This document shows positions 9,185 through 22,901 of a stretch of DNA of 32,000 nucleotides, one piece after another; the stretch's first letter is position 1; every line of letters starts with the position of its first letter. Both the position numbers and the translations under genes were made by a program. The stretch is from Candidatus Saccharimonadota bacterium (GTDB taxonomy: Bacteria > Patescibacteriota > Gracilibacteria > Absconditabacterales > Absconditicoccaceae). The stretch is taken from positions 690,001 through 722,000 of the forward strand of contig CP006913.1 in assembly GCA_000503875.1 (NCBI GenBank), read 5' to 3'. Under the pieces are notes generated by a model. The model worked only from the letters and a program-made list of their open reading frames with translations. It did no database searches and was not told where the DNA came from.

Positions 9185-9314
9185 ACAAACAAATATATAA
9201 TAAGAGAGCGCTTAAATTTTAAATATATGAAGCCAATTTGTTTATATTTTCTACCGTAAAGAAAATTTAACAGCGAACGATTATATATTGTTTGTTTATA
9301 TATTGTTTGTTTAT
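9181..9314 (+). repeat. Structured intergenic repeat, copy 2 of 3 (long imperfect palindrome with duplicated right arm)
   Basis: Outer arms TAAACAAACAAATATATAA / TTATATATTGTTTGTTTAT and inner arms GCGCTTAAATTTT / AAAATTTAACAGCG enclose the core ATATGAAGCCAATTTGTTTATATTTTCTACCGTAAAGAAAATT. The right arm ATATATTGTTTGTTT occurs twice in tandem. Confidence 0.7.
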
Positions 9315-9336
9315 ATATTTATTCTTCACAAATCAC

Positions 9337-9777
9337 ATGAAAACCATCGTCATCACTTCTGGTTATTTCAATCCCATACATCCAGGACATATTGAATGCC
9401 TAGAACTTTGCAAAGAACTTGGAGATGAACTACGAGTAATCGTAAACAGCGACAAACAAGTCAAAGACAAAACAGGTAAACAAGAAGTCTTTCAAGATGA
9501 GAATTTTAGAATGAGAGTAACCTCATCCATCAAACCCGTAGATAAAGTAGTTTTATCAGTAGATCAAGATTGATCAGTTTGTGAAAGCATAAAACACACA
9601 GCAAAACTCATAAGAGAAAAATACGGCAGTGAAACAAAAATAATTTTTGGAAAATGAGGTGATAGATTCTCTGATAATATTCCAGAAGTACAAGTATGTA
9701 AAAAATTACACATAGAAATCAAAGATGGACTAGGAGCAAAAACACACAATAGTAGTGAGTATAGAGCAAAAATATAA
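9337..9777 (+). CDS. Cytidylyl/adenylyltransferase-family protein (TagD / RfaE-domain-II-like)
   Basis: MKTIVITSGYFNPIHPGHIECL carries the nucleotidyltransferase HxGH motif. Two in-frame TGA codons occur, one within FGKGGDRF. Stop is TAA 9775-9777. Confidence 0.75.
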
Positions 9778-9803
9778 ATCTGATTTTATTTCGTAGATAG
9801 GAG

Positions 9804-10643
9804 ATGTCATCAAAAATTTCGATACTACTCTGTGCATACAATGCTTGAGAATATATTATACCAACAATCAAAAGTATATTATCACAAACATACAATAATT
9901 TTGAATTGCTTATTTTGGACAACAATTCGAATGATAACACAAGGGAAAATATCCAAACACAGAAAGATCCAAGAATACAATTGTTTACATCAGAAAAAAA
10001 CTTATGACCCTATGCGGGGCTGAATTTCTTATTAGAAAAAGCTATTTGAGAATATATAGCAATACAAGATCATGATGATATATGGCATCCCAAAAAAATA
10101 GAAAAACAAATATATTTTCTAGAAAATAATCATAACTATATCTGATGTGGGACAAAAACACTTATGCGATATGAATGAGATCAGAAATGATTTGAATATT
10201 ATCTATGAAAAGAAAATTTCTACACAATACACCCATCATTAATATTTAGAAATGAGAAAAAACATAAATATCCAAATACTATATATATGACTGATGCGCT
10301 GTTTCAAAAGGAGATTTTATGCAAATGAAAAAAAATAATCTATAACATAGATGAAACATTGACTATGCATCGCATAAAAGATGGAGCTACAAATTATAGT
10401 TATAAACGATATACATTAAATCGACAAAATTTCAAAACCGTTTTTAACTTACATCCAGCATGGTATGCAATATTTGCTACATTATTTGAATTGATGAGAA
10501 AATGTATTTATCCTATTTTGCATATAACGAAAACATGCTATATAATAGATAAGATCGAAAGATTACCTTTTGTATTGCAATGATATAAAATAAAAAAATA
10601 TAGTAAAAACGATATGCAAAAAAGGAACTTTATCCTCTTTTAA
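9804..10643 (+). CDS. Family-2 glycosyltransferase
   Basis: ISILLCAYNAGEYIIPTIKSILSQTYNNFELLILDNNSNDNT plus an IQDHDD (DxD-type) motif. Many in-frame TGA codons. Stop is TAA 10641-10643, which overlaps the convergent gene by 14 nt. Confidence 0.8.
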
Positions 10644-11601
10644 TAATTTTTGAAAAGATAAATTTACTAACAAAAAGAGGTAAACAAATTAATTTCAAAA
10701 CAGCTATTTTCATTATAAAATGATTTAAAAAACTATAATTAAGAGACTTTTTTAGATATTCAAAACTTTTTTTTCTATTTCAATTTTCTAAATAAATAAT
10801 AGATTGAATAAGCTTATTATGACTCATTTTTTTAGAAAAAATAGAATTTGATATATATTTTTTTTCTTTATACAAAGTAATAAGACCAGAGAGTTCTTCC
10901 ATTAATTTGGGATTTGATGCAGAAAGATTTGATTGATGTCTACGATATAAAGTAAGCGATTTATCAATATAATAAATAGGATAATTAGTAGCTACTTGAA
11001 AATAAAAATCATAATCAGAAACACTATATGTTTTACTATCTGGATGCAATGAGGTTATAGAATATTTGTCTATCATAGATCTTGTAACCATTGCAGTACT
11101 CCAAGATATAATTGGTCAAACATTTGCTGATACGTACGTATCTGGAGAAATTTTTGTGTTCTGATATGTTCCTATTTTTCTAAATCCAAATATATCCTTT
11201 TGTATTATATTGTTATGTTTGTCTATAAAATCAAGATTGTTATAAACAAGCTGTACTTTAGGATATATATCGAAGATATCCAATTTACTTTTTAGGCAGT
11301 CTTTTTCTCGTAAATCATCACCTTCCAAAAAAGCAATATACTTACTTTCTTTTGAGATTTTGTTTATCAAAAAATTCATATTTTCTACGATTCATTTATT
11401 TGGACTATGATGCCAAGCTTTTATTTTGTCTGGATATTTTTTTGTATATTTTTGAATAATTTTCCAAGTTTCATCACCAGGACTATCATCTCCTATCAAC
11501 AATTCTCGATCAGAAATAGATTGATTCAAAATAGATTGTATCGTATCAGCGATAAAATCTTGATGATTGTATGTTGTAGTTATGATTGAGATTTTAGACA
11601 T
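10630..11601 (-). CDS. Family-2 glycosyltransferase
   Basis: Track ORFs 11392..11601, 11116..11379 and 10780..11091 share one frame. The product has ISIITTTYNHQDFIADTIQSILNQS...LLIGDDSPGDET and FLEGDD. Stop is TAA 10630-10632. Confidence 0.8.
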
Positions 11602-12377
11602 TATTTTTTTATTTTTAAAATAAGAATAAATTCATTGTCTCATAAATTTTTTGCTGTATGTTTCACATAAAAGGTATCAAATTTTGCGTAAGTATTATTA
11701 TTACATCGATTAATAATTTCCAATACATCTTCCTCCAAAAAAACATGATAATGTATGCTATAATTAATTAATTTCAATCTTTTAGCTTCTTTTTCTATTT
11801 CTTTAGGATCTTCATATTTTATACCTGCATACTGGATGTAGTGTTCTCGATCTCTTTCCTCGGAAGGACTTATATAATCAGATATAATATGATCCAGAGT
11901 AGTTCTTTCTCTTTTTTCATCAAAAGTTCTTCTTTTATCAGGTATAGCCATAAAAACAATTCCTCATTTTTTAATAACTCTATGTCGTTCTAACAATGCC
12001 TTAATAGGGTTATTTAAATGTTCAAATAGATGGTTCCCTATGACAAAATCTTGAGAATCTGAATTTATTTTATCCAAATTATCAGCCTTACATATATAAT
12101 CTATTTTTTGGAGGTCTGTTTTGGCTAATTCATTATTATAGTTCTTTTTAAGCGACTCTTCATCAAGATAATCGACATATTTTACTTTTGTTGTTTTATG
12201 ATTAACTGGATTTGGATTAATAAGTCATCATATTTCAATTCCCTGTCATTTAATATACTGATAAGCAAGATTTTTTCTAATTTTTCTAATTTTGAAATAA
12301 TAGTAAATGATATTGATTGTTCAGATCAATCATTTTTGCTTTAAAACTTTTAAAGTTTGTTTGAATTTATAGAACAT
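11601..12377 (-). CDS. Class I SAM-dependent methyltransferase (Methyltransf_11/23-like)
   Basis: ATG 12375-12377. The product has GIEIGG, a motif I variant, and FVIGNHLFEHLNNPIKALLERHRVIKKGGIVFMAIPD. Its TAA shares one base with the ATG of the next gene (TAATG at 11599-11603). Confidence 0.7.
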
Positions 12378-12407
12378 TTGTGTTTGTTTCGCAATAAAAT
12401 TGTATTT

Positions 12408-13523
12408 TTATGTTTTATTTATAACTTTTTTTATTGCTTCTAAATATTTAAATCAAAATTTTTTATCTGGTTCTAAATATGCTCATTCAGACCGTTCATT
12501 CCAAGCATTAATAAAAAGAAATTCATTACCATTTTTAATTGAATTATCATATTGTTTTTGAAGATATTTTTCAAACAATTCTGGAGATTCTGATAAAAGT
12601 AATATTCATCTCTCTTCTTTTCTTGGTGTATTATCCCATCAAGGACAGATTCAAAAAAAAGTTTTTTCTTTATATTTCTTATTTCAAAAAGAAATTATTT
12701 TCTTTAAAATTTTCTCATAAAAAACTTTATAAACAGTTTCTTTTCAAAAAAGTTTGTTTTTAAAAATAGTTATATATTGAAAAGCCAAAGATCTTATTTT
12801 ATAGGGAATAAATTTTCATAAAATATTTACAATTCAATTCATATTACCCAAACTATATAATGGTTCGAATTGAACAACTCAGCTAGATAACAAAGATTCT
12901 TTTTGTTGATTATATGAGACTAATGTCTCTATTATATAGATACCATCAAATCATTTTGATATACAATAATCATTCCAATACGCAATAAGTCAATCAAAAT
13001 CAGGAATATCTTTTATATTATGAATTAAAAAAACAGGTTTATTGTCAACACAAATATAGTTTTTATGCTTAAAAAATTGCATCAAATATTTTATATGATT
13101 CAATGCATCTTCTTTTCATCAATATTCTTGTTTAACCAATGTTTCATCTAAGATTTTTTTTCCCCAAGTTCTAGATCGTGATCCATTTGCCCACGAAAAA
13201 CAAAAATTAATATTAGGTTCTCAATCCTCTAACATTTTTTCTAATCCTTTTTCTAGTATTTTTTTTCAATTAAACCAATAGTGATAATAACAAAACCCAT
13301 ATAGTCAAAATTTTTTTGCCAATTCAGCCTGATTTTTTCTGGTTTTAAAATTTAGAAAATCATAATATCACTCCAAAGGAATCCTTGGTTGATTATGTCA
13401 CCTAAATAATTGTCTAGCTTTTTTAACTGTCGTCCATTCTGTAAATCATTTTCCCCACCATTTATTGTTTTCTGGTATTTCATGAAATTGAGGAAGATGT
13501 CGAGCTATAATTTTGGGATTCAT
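12408..13523 (-). CDS. WbsX / glycoside-hydrolase-family-99-like polysaccharide biosynthesis protein
   Basis: The N-terminus [29 protein letters not shown] is the characteristic WbsX-family opening. 371 aa with many in-frame TGA codons. No standard-code ORF is listed here because of the fragmentation. Confidence 0.7.
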
Positions 13524-13544
13524 AAAAAAAACATATAATTTAAA

Positions 13545-14513
13545 TTAAATTTTTCTTAAAATATTATGGATTGGTTCTCATATTAAACTGTATATTTTTT
13601 TTAATGGGAAATATAATCGACCAAGAAAACGATTGTTTTTTATTAATCACATCAATGATGGTAAATACCATCAGATCAACATATGATTCAAAAAAGCATT
13701 ACATTTTTTTGGAATTTTATATTGTTTTCTTAATACTTTAACAAGAAAGTACAGATCATTAAATATTTTCATTGATGAAAAGCTCCATCAATGATTATCT
13801 CATCTAGCTAAAACCATTATCTTACTTTTAATAATTACTATTTTTTCTTTTATAATATCAAAAAATGGAATTATAGCAAAATTAAAATAATTATTATCTA
13901 AACCTTTATATTGAATATATTTATTTAAAAATAGTTCTTTATTTCTTAAATATAAATTTTGCTTAAAACAAAATATAGAAATAAACGTAAAGAAAACTCA
14001 GTTTGCAGATCAATTTTCTTTATTATCTTTTCATAAAAACGAAAAAAAATCATTTGATCAATTTAGTACAATATCTTTTTTATTCATAAATATATTTAAT
14101 TTTTCTTTTTCTAAATCACTAGAGAAAACATACCTATCAGAAAGAATAATTCATGGCTTTTCTTTTTTTATTATATTTAATGTTGTTGATAGTGCTTCTG
14201 ATGTCATTAAATCATCGCTTCAAAAAAGCCACGTATATTCTCCTCATGAAAATTCTATAGCTTCCAAAAAAGCTGGACACATTCAAATTGCCTTATCATT
14301 CCTAAAATATCTTATCTTACCAGGATATTTGTTCTGATAATCTTTCACTAACTGTTGAGTATTATCCTTACTAGGACCATCATCTATAACAATTTCAACA
14401 TCATTTGTTTCTGAAAAAGCTTTTTGAGATACAATACTATCAAGTAATTGTTTAAGATATGGTTCTCTATTATAAGTAGGAATACATATTGATAAAAGTT
14501 TTGTTTTTGACAT
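13545..14513 (-). CDS. Family-2 glycosyltransferase
   Basis: Track ORF 14283..14513 (LSICIPTYNREPYLKQLLDSIVSQ...IVIDDGPSKDNT) continues through TGA codons to TAA 13545-13547 and contains a GSDD motif. Confidence 0.75.
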
Positions 14514-14515
14514 TA

Positions 14516-15445
14516 TTAATTTTGAATAGATAAAAAATATTCATATGTCTTTTTTAATCACTCTTCAAGGGTAATAGAGGCACTCCATCATAAAGAACAA
14601 GCTAATGAAGTATCGAGTTTTCTCCTCAATCTTCATTCGGGTTTTGTTGTATCAAAGACAATATTTCAATCATATCAAACTATTTTTTTTATAAGGAATG
14701 CTAAATCTCTTATAGATATTTCATGATCTGTTCCTATATTAACATAAGAAAAGTGCTTTGAGTTTGTGATAAAAAAATAACAAGCATTTGCAACATCATC
14801 AACATACAAGAATTCTCTCAAAGCATTACCAGATCACCAAACAACAACTTCTGATAATTTTTCTTGTTTCGCCTTATAAAATCTTGTCATCAATGCTCAA
14901 ATAACATGTGCCCTCGATTCTTCAAAATGATCCCCAACTCAATAAATATTTGTTGGCACCAAAGTAAAAAATAATTTTCAAGATTGTTTTTGAAGCTTTT
15001 CACATAATTTAATTCAACAAATTTTAGCTAATCCATACGATTCATGAATAGGATCTAATGGTCACTGAAACAATGTTGATTCAGAAATTGGCTGTGTACA
15101 ATCAGAAGGATAAATAGTACTACTAGCAACAAATAAAAGTTTTTTTACGTTATAAATATTTGCAGCTCAAATAACATTATTCTGAATTTGAATATTATCA
15201 TAAAGCATATCAAAAGGAAATGTTGTATTAACAGCTACTCATCAAACTTTAGCCGCACATAAAATAACAATATCTGGGTGTTCTTTTTCAAAAAACAAAT
15301 TAACTGACTCTTGATCTAAAAGATTTAGTTCTTGTTTTGTCTTTAATAATAAATTATTATATCATTCTAATTTTAATTTTCTAACTATTGCAGCTCATAA
15401 AAGTCAAGTATGACCAGCAATATAAATTTTAGTTTTTTTATCCAT
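14516..15445 (-). CDS. fcl: GDP-L-fucose synthase family 3,5-epimerase/4-reductase (Fcl or ColC-type)
   Basis: IYIAGHTGLLGAAIVRKL (Rossmann), AAKVGGVAVN, LLFVASSTIYP, SYGLAKICGIKLCE (YxxxK), VPTNIYGVGDHF, VVVWGSGNALREFLYVDD, KPEGRLRRKLD. 309 aa. Sequence alone cannot separate Fcl from ColC. Confidence 0.8.
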
Positions 15446-15453
15446 TAATAATT

Positions 15454-16623
15454 TTAATTTAATAAAGAGCACAGTAAATCAATTTCATTTTCATTATATT
15501 CTGGGCTATTTCAAAAATAAAATCAATTCTCATGTATATATTTAGAATTTGTATTCTTATTATTTTCTCCATATAAATTTTTCCAAAAAATTTGTTGTGT
15601 CATATCTCAACCAACAATCGGTCTTATTTCAACTCATGCTTTTTCAAATTTTTCTATATAAGCATAAAACAACTCTTTAGTTTTACAAATAACAGGAATC
15701 GCAAAATTGGAAACAAAATCTAAATGTTCATGTTTTATAGAATAAAAATCATTATTGTTATTTAAATGAAAAACAAATAATTTAAAATTTTTTTCTCTTT
15801 TTTGTATAATTTCATCAATATAATTCATTTGTTCACATCATAGAAAACCCGTAATTTCATTTGGTCTAAGATTATATCACAAAGTATAAAATGTATATTT
15901 TGAATAAAAATTATCTAAATTATATTTATTTCTAATTTCTTGCTGTAAATCAGCATCTAAATTTCTATCCCAACCATGCGCTCTAACCATATGTAGCATA
16001 ACATATAGATCTTTATCATCTGTACAAACCATTCATCATTCAATGGTTGATATATGATGTCAAACGTATGTTGAAAAAGTAGATGCTAGTCAAAAATTTC
16101 ATAATTTTTTTCATTTATATACTGTTCACATAGATTCACAATTATCTTCTAACAAAATTATATTGCTTTGATCGCAGAATGTTTTAATTTCGTCTATATT
16201 ATCAGAAAACCCTAACAAATTAGTAATTAAAAATACAGAAAGTTTTTTGTTTTGTAAAGTTTTTTTTAAGGTTTCCAAAGAAACATTTAATGTTGAAATT
16301 TCAACATCTATAGGGACAGGAGTTAATCATAATTCAATAATAGGCATTACATCAGTAGACCACGTAAGAGAAGAAAATCAGACATTATCTCATTTTTTTA
16401 ATTTTCACATATTTATTAATGCTTGCAACAACGCAATATTAGCAGAACTTCAACTATTTACAAATACACAATATTTTCTATTTTGCCATTTAGCAAATAA
16501 AGATTCAAACTTTTTACAATAATTTCAAAAACTAAACTGTTCCGCCTTTTGTATAAAATCACATAATTTATCTTTTACTATTTTTTCTTGATAGAAAGAT
16601 GATTTTATTAATTTTATAGACAT
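15454..16623 (-). CDS. colD: PLP-dependent sugar 3-dehydratase of the DegT/ColD/RfbH type (GDP-4-keto-6-deoxy-D-mannose 3-dehydratase-like)
   Basis: The product has VNSGSSANIALL, LLEDNCESMG and STFSTYVGHHISTIEGGMVCTDD. His-His (16054-16059) occupies the position where aminotransferases of this fold carry the Schiff-base Lys. It also has RAHGWDRNL and GVEIRPIVGG. 389 aa. Confidence 0.7.
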
Positions 16624-16638
16624 AATTATCTAAATTAA

Positions 16639-17106
16639 TTATAAAATTTTTTTATTCAATATTTCCTTAATTCTATCTTTAACCATAAAATGTAAATCAG
16701 GGTCATATATATCAAAAAATTTAAATTCACTATGTTGAGAGTCTGTTGTTATTTTAGATTCTTCTTGATCATCCAAAAAATAAACATAAGTTCTTGATAA
16801 ATAATGAGATCATCATTCTTCATAAAAAGATTCTTCTTTATAAATATCATCATATACACCCAAATAAATCATTTTCTTTGAATTTATAGAGAATCAAAAT
16901 TCTTGAAGAGATTTTCTTTCTGCTGCGTCAAAAACAGACTCATATTTAAACATTCTTCATCATGGAACATAATAAATTCATTTTAAAGGAGAATTATTTC
17001 TTAATCAAAGAAGAATTTGTTTTTTTTTATTAATAAGAATTAAATCAACAGTAACAATAATAACATTTTCTATAATTTGTTTATATATATTATCTGGAAT
17101 AAACAT
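16639..17106 (-). CDS. gmm: GDP-mannose mannosyl hydrolase (Nudix; Gmm/WcaH/NudD-like)
   Basis: ILLGLRNNSPLKGIYYVPGGRMFKYESVFDAAERKSLQEFG matches the modified Nudix box of Gmm. 155 aa. It sits directly after gmd, as in colanic-acid and O-antigen loci. Confidence 0.75.
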
Positions 17107-17115
17107 TTATTATTG

Positions 17116-18177
<1,062 letters not shown>

Positions 18178-18193
18178 AAGGAAGAATTAAAAT

Positions 18194-19045
18194 TTAAATA
18201 TATTTTACATACTCTTCTAATCATTCCTTCCAACTTCTCAAGACTATTTCATTATCGTTAGTCAATTTACTATATTGAGGCCTTTTTGCTTTTGTAAGGA
18301 ATTCTTCTGAAGTACATCTTTGACAATCAATATTTTTTTGAGTCAGACGAAAAATTTCTTGAGCGAAATCATACCAAGTAATTCAATTTCACTGAGTTTG
18401 ATTACATAAATGGAAAATATTTCATCTATAATTACCTATATTATTTATAATATCCAATATAGCTTTTGACAAATCTTTACTATAAGTAGGACTTCAAAAT
18501 TGATCATTGACAACTTTCAATTCATTACGTGTTTCAGCCAATTTAAGCATAGTATTTACGAAATTTTTAAACTGTGATCATCCACCATACAACCAACTTG
18601 TTCTTACAAGAATTGCATTTGGATATTCTGATTTCAATAATTGTTCTCCCAAATATTTAGCCATACCATATTGATTTATAGGGTTTGGTATATCTTGTGG
18701 TAAATAACCAGACTTTTTTGTTCCATCAAAAACATAATCTGTAGAAATATGAATTAAATCTATATCCATATTTTTACAAATTTTTGCCAACAAATATATT
18801 CAAAAAGCATTTACTTGATAATTAACAAGTTTTCATTCATCTTCTGCTGCATCTACATTGGTATAAGCAGCACAATTAATAATTATGCTTACTTGCTCTT
18901 TTTCCAATATTGTTTTTATATTTTCAATATTTGTAATATCAAGCAACTCTCTATCATATCAAACAACTTCATAAGATTGCTGCAAAATAGGAATAAGGTC
19001 GTATGCCAACATTCCATTAGATCCTGTAATAAGGATTTTTGCCAT
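18194..19045 (-). CDS. rfbD: dTDP-4-dehydrorhamnose reductase
   Basis: MAKILITGSNGMLA, NCAAYTNVDAAE, HISTDYVFDG, PINQYGMAKYLGE (YxxxK), and VRTSWLYGG followed by a TGA-encoded Gly. Contains track ORF 18578..18793. 283 aa. Confidence 0.9.
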
Positions 19046-19620
19046 TAAAATGGATTATTTTCTAAAAATTCTTTGAACTTAGGTTGTTTTTTGTCTTTTT
19101 CAGCAAGTATAAAATCTTGTATATCATAATCTCTTTTTATTTTTTCTCGATCAATATCCAAATCTGGGTCTGAATACAATATTCATCAATCAGCTTGTGG
19201 ATTATAATAATCATCACATTTATACACAAATTCTGTATTATCTTCCAATGTCAAAAATCCATGAGCAAAACCTTTTGGAACAAATAATTGTTTCTTATTT
19301 TCTGCACTCAATACTTCCATAATATATTTACCAAAAGTCTGAGAATTTTTTCTCAAATCTATCGCAAAATCTAAAACCGATCACGAAATAACCCTCACCA
19401 ATTTAGCCTGAGTGTTTTCCCTTTGAAAATGAAATCATCTCAAAACACCTTTACTAGATTTACTATGATTATCTTGCACAAAAACATTGGAAATTCAATT
19501 TTCTACAAAATCTTTTTGATTATGAGTTTCCATAAAAAATCATCTTTGATCTCAAAAAACTTGCGGTGTTATCAAAACAACATCATTGATTAAACTATTT
19601 TTTTCAAAACTAAATCACAT
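19045..19620 (-). CDS. rfbC: dTDP-4-dehydrorhamnose 3,5-epimerase
   Basis: DQRGFFMETH, SKGVLRGFHFQ, AKLVRVISGSVLDFAIDLR, LFVPKGFAHGF, YKCDDYYNP. Its TAA shares one base with the rfbD ATG (TAATG at 19043-19047). Confidence 0.9.
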
Positions 19621-19676
19621 AATAAGATAGTAATAAATAAATTTTTATATTTTCTATATATTTGTTTTTTCAACAA

Positions 19677-21203
19677 CTATTCCCCTCTAATTCTCATCAC
19701 TTCATTCTTCAACATCATCGTTCTCTTCCAATTTATTCCAACAAATATCAAAAAGAAAGTAAGTCAAAGTCCAAGTAATTTCGACAAATTACTATATCTC
19801 AACATATCATCAAATACAAACAATTCTGATTTTATCATCCATAATCAAGTACTAAGTATCAACGCAAGAATTGTATTTTTTAATATAAATTTCCAATCTA
19901 CATCAAATTGTATATGTTTATAAATCAAACGAAAACTCAATATAAACAGCAATACATAACCAATACCTAAAGCCAAAACAGATCAGTAAATTCATATTGT
20001 ATACAATCCTACCAAAGAAACGATTGTTACCACAATTACAGAAATCAAAAGTATTTTGACCCTTTCTTTGATTTTTCCCATACCTGCAATAACTGCAAAA
20101 TTAAATCAAACAAAGGTAGTAAATATAGTAAAAATAGATCACCAACTAAACATTTCACCAGAAAAAACAAATTTTTCTCCAAATAAAACAAGCGCTGATT
20201 CAGGTCATAAAACCATAAAAAACATCGCAAGCAGCACACTAAAAACAGTAAAATAAGTATAAAAAAAACTATACAATATAGAAAGTTTATGAGAATCTTT
20301 TTTAGTTATCAATTCAGAAACCAAAGGAAAAATAAGTGCAATAATCGGTCAAATAAGCGTTATTGAAATAATAAACATACTAAAAAAATTAGTGTAATAT
20401 CCTGCTGATTCCGGACCTAAAATTACAATTATCAATTGTTGAATAATTTGTCCAAATAATTGACTTACATTAATTCATACAAAACACCAAAATGCATAAT
20501 TAAAATATTCCTTTAGCATTGGTTTTTCAAAAACAATTTTTCATTGAAGAAGCGTTTTTCTATAGTTTTTATAAAATAAGATTCCTGCAACAAAAATCCC
20601 AAAAATTAATCATAGAATTCGATTAAGGCTATACCGTTCAATACTCTGTCTTCCTGTAATAAAGAAAAAAAAAGTAAATCAAACAATACTCCACATTCTT
20701 ACAAAATCCACAAATTGGAAAGAAAAGGTATTTTGAAAAGCAACAAATACGCTCTGTAAAATTTGAAAAATATTAATTCCCAGAAAATAAAAACAAAAAT
20801 ATTTAAGAATAACGACAGCACTAGGACTATGAAAATAATTTTCAGCAAGCCATGGAGCCCCCAACCACAAAAATAATGCAATAATTATTGCCGTAAATAC
20901 TTGAGCAAATAAACTTAAATAAATAGATGTTTTAACATAATTATATTGTTTTTTTATCCAATATCTGGGAAGAAAATATTGAAGACTTTCGGTAAGTCCC
21001 AAATCATTATATACATTAAGAAATGTTATCAAGCCTATAATACTATATAAAACTCCGACATCCGCGACAGATACTGAATTAGAAATAATTACTTTAATTA
21101 AGTATCAAGCTGGAGCTACCAAAAACGAAAAAAAATACAACCAAAATCCTTTTTTGATTAATTTTTCTCAAAGCGGCTGATCTACCAACAATTCTTGATC
21201 CAT
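19677..21203 (-). CDS. wzx: Polysaccharide/O-unit flippase (MOP superfamily, Wzx-like)
   Basis: 508-aa, very hydrophobic multi-pass protein that joins track ORF 20679..21032 to downstream segments through TGA codons. It ends at TAG 19677-19679 and is the first gene of the minus-strand glycan operon. Confidence 0.6.
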
Positions 21204-21225
21204 ACTACCAATAATAAATTAAAAT

Positions 21226-21825
21226 CTATCTCGGTTTCCAAGTGCCTCCCAACCTTCTCACTACATAAATTACTCTCTCAATATCTCAATCAAAAAGTTT
21301 ATATTCATATCTCTTTTCTAATTTCAAATTTAATTGTCCACAAAGTTGCAGAAGATCTTGTCTTTCTTGCTCATCAACTTGTTTAAATAAAATCCAAACT
21401 CCTCATTGTTTAAGTAAATGTTTTGTCCAAGGAAGTAGTTTATCTACATAGGCAACTGCTCTTGCGGTAATTACATCAAATTGCAAATCTTTACATTCCT
21501 CTGCTCTTTTCCAAAGCAATTCTATATTGGTAACATTAAGTTGTTTCGTCATTTCTCAAATGGCGTCAAGCTTCTTTCTCACGGAATCCATTCCCGTAAA
21601 ATGAACATCAGGATATTCAATCGCCAAAGGTAACAACGGAAACCCTCATCCTGTACCCACATCACACACCTGCATTCCTGGCTCTAGTTCAAATACATTT
21701 TTTACTTCCAGGGCATCACGAATATGTTTATCATAAACGCCTTGTTCATCTCTAATAGCACTCAAATTAATCTGACTATTTTTTTCCAAGAATACTTGTA
21801 TCAACTGTTCTCGTTTTTGTTCCAT
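21226..21825 (-). CDS. rsmG: 16S rRNA (guanine527-N7)-methyltransferase RsmG (GidB)
   Basis: NLSAIRDEQGVYDKHIRDAL, VCDVGTGGGFPLLPLAI (one Gly is TGA), DSVRKKL, DVITARAV. 199 aa. Stop is TAG 21226-21228. Confidence 0.88.
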
Positions 21826-21840
21826 GATATAATAAAGTAA

Positions 21841-22815
21841 TTAAATATAATCCCATCTAATCTGTTCTCCTAAATATTTTTTAAACAACTGATCAAATTC
21901 TTTTCTAATAACAGCAGAAACTCTGACTAAACCATCGTCCCCTATTTCCAAATGTTTCAAAAGTTCAAAATCAGACTCTTTTTTTTGGATAGCTTGCCAA
22001 TCCTGTTTATTATAGATCAAGGTCGCCAAGAAAATACTATTCACATTCTTTATATCAATTTCCTGACAAAGTTCACGCAGAAATTGTTCATAGATTTCCA
22101 GATACCCAGGCACAGGCAATAAGGGCAAAAACCTAAGTCCTACCTTCCATCATTTTGCTTGCAAGGTTTTGATTGCAGCAATTCTCATCTGCAAAGGGGA
22201 AGATCAATGCTCATATTGATCGATAATATCCTGTGGGTTCAATGAAAATGCTATCTCTGTATTGCTAGGGACAATCCCCAAATCCAATAATGACTGAATA
22301 TTTCATGATTTTGTACGCGTCTCCATCAACACATGTTCAAATTGTTCAAAGAAAGGCACAAAAGACTGATGAAATCAGGACAAAGTTTCCATTCCCACGA
22401 GATCAGAATAATTACTTGCATAAAAAACAATTTTACCTGAATATCAAGCATCTCTAAGCTCCAATATTTTGTTTCTGAGTTCTTCTTGAATATCTGGATA
22501 GTTCACAAAGATCACCGGAAAATCATTCTTAAACGCACCTTTGAGATAACAGTAAGCACAATCAAAGACACAATTTAACTGAGTTACGAAAAAAAATGCT
22601 TTAGCATCAGAATATCCATAATTTTCAGGAACAGGAAACAATTTCAAACGATCACTTTTCGCCAAAATCAAGCATTTCTCTGTAGGATATCCTATTTTTT
22701 TATCAAACACATTTTTATAATGCTGAATTTCAACAACATTCACATCAGAAAATCTCGACAAAATTGCTTTCGCCACAGGAGAATCTTTCGCTTGTTGTTC
22801 GAGATATATAAGCAT
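21841..22815 (-). CDS. Spore-photoproduct-lyase-family radical SAM protein (SplB-like)
   Basis: Track ORFs 22444..22815 and 21841..22128 share one frame. The product has the radical-SAM triad CVFDCAYCY (CxxxCxxC) and a general SplB-like layout. 324 aa. Confidence 0.65.
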
Positions 22816-22901
22816 TATTTAAAATTAATGACTAATTACCGATGGATAATAAATAATGGAAGACAAGAATCAAATGAAATAAATAAAAGAAACAAGCGAA
22901 A

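Noticed and set aside
10630-10643. The 14-nt overlap of the two convergent GT2 genes as a possible regulatory or antisense feature.
   Set aside because: It is a simple consequence of both ORFs extending past TGA codons to the next TAA. No structure or conservation is evident.
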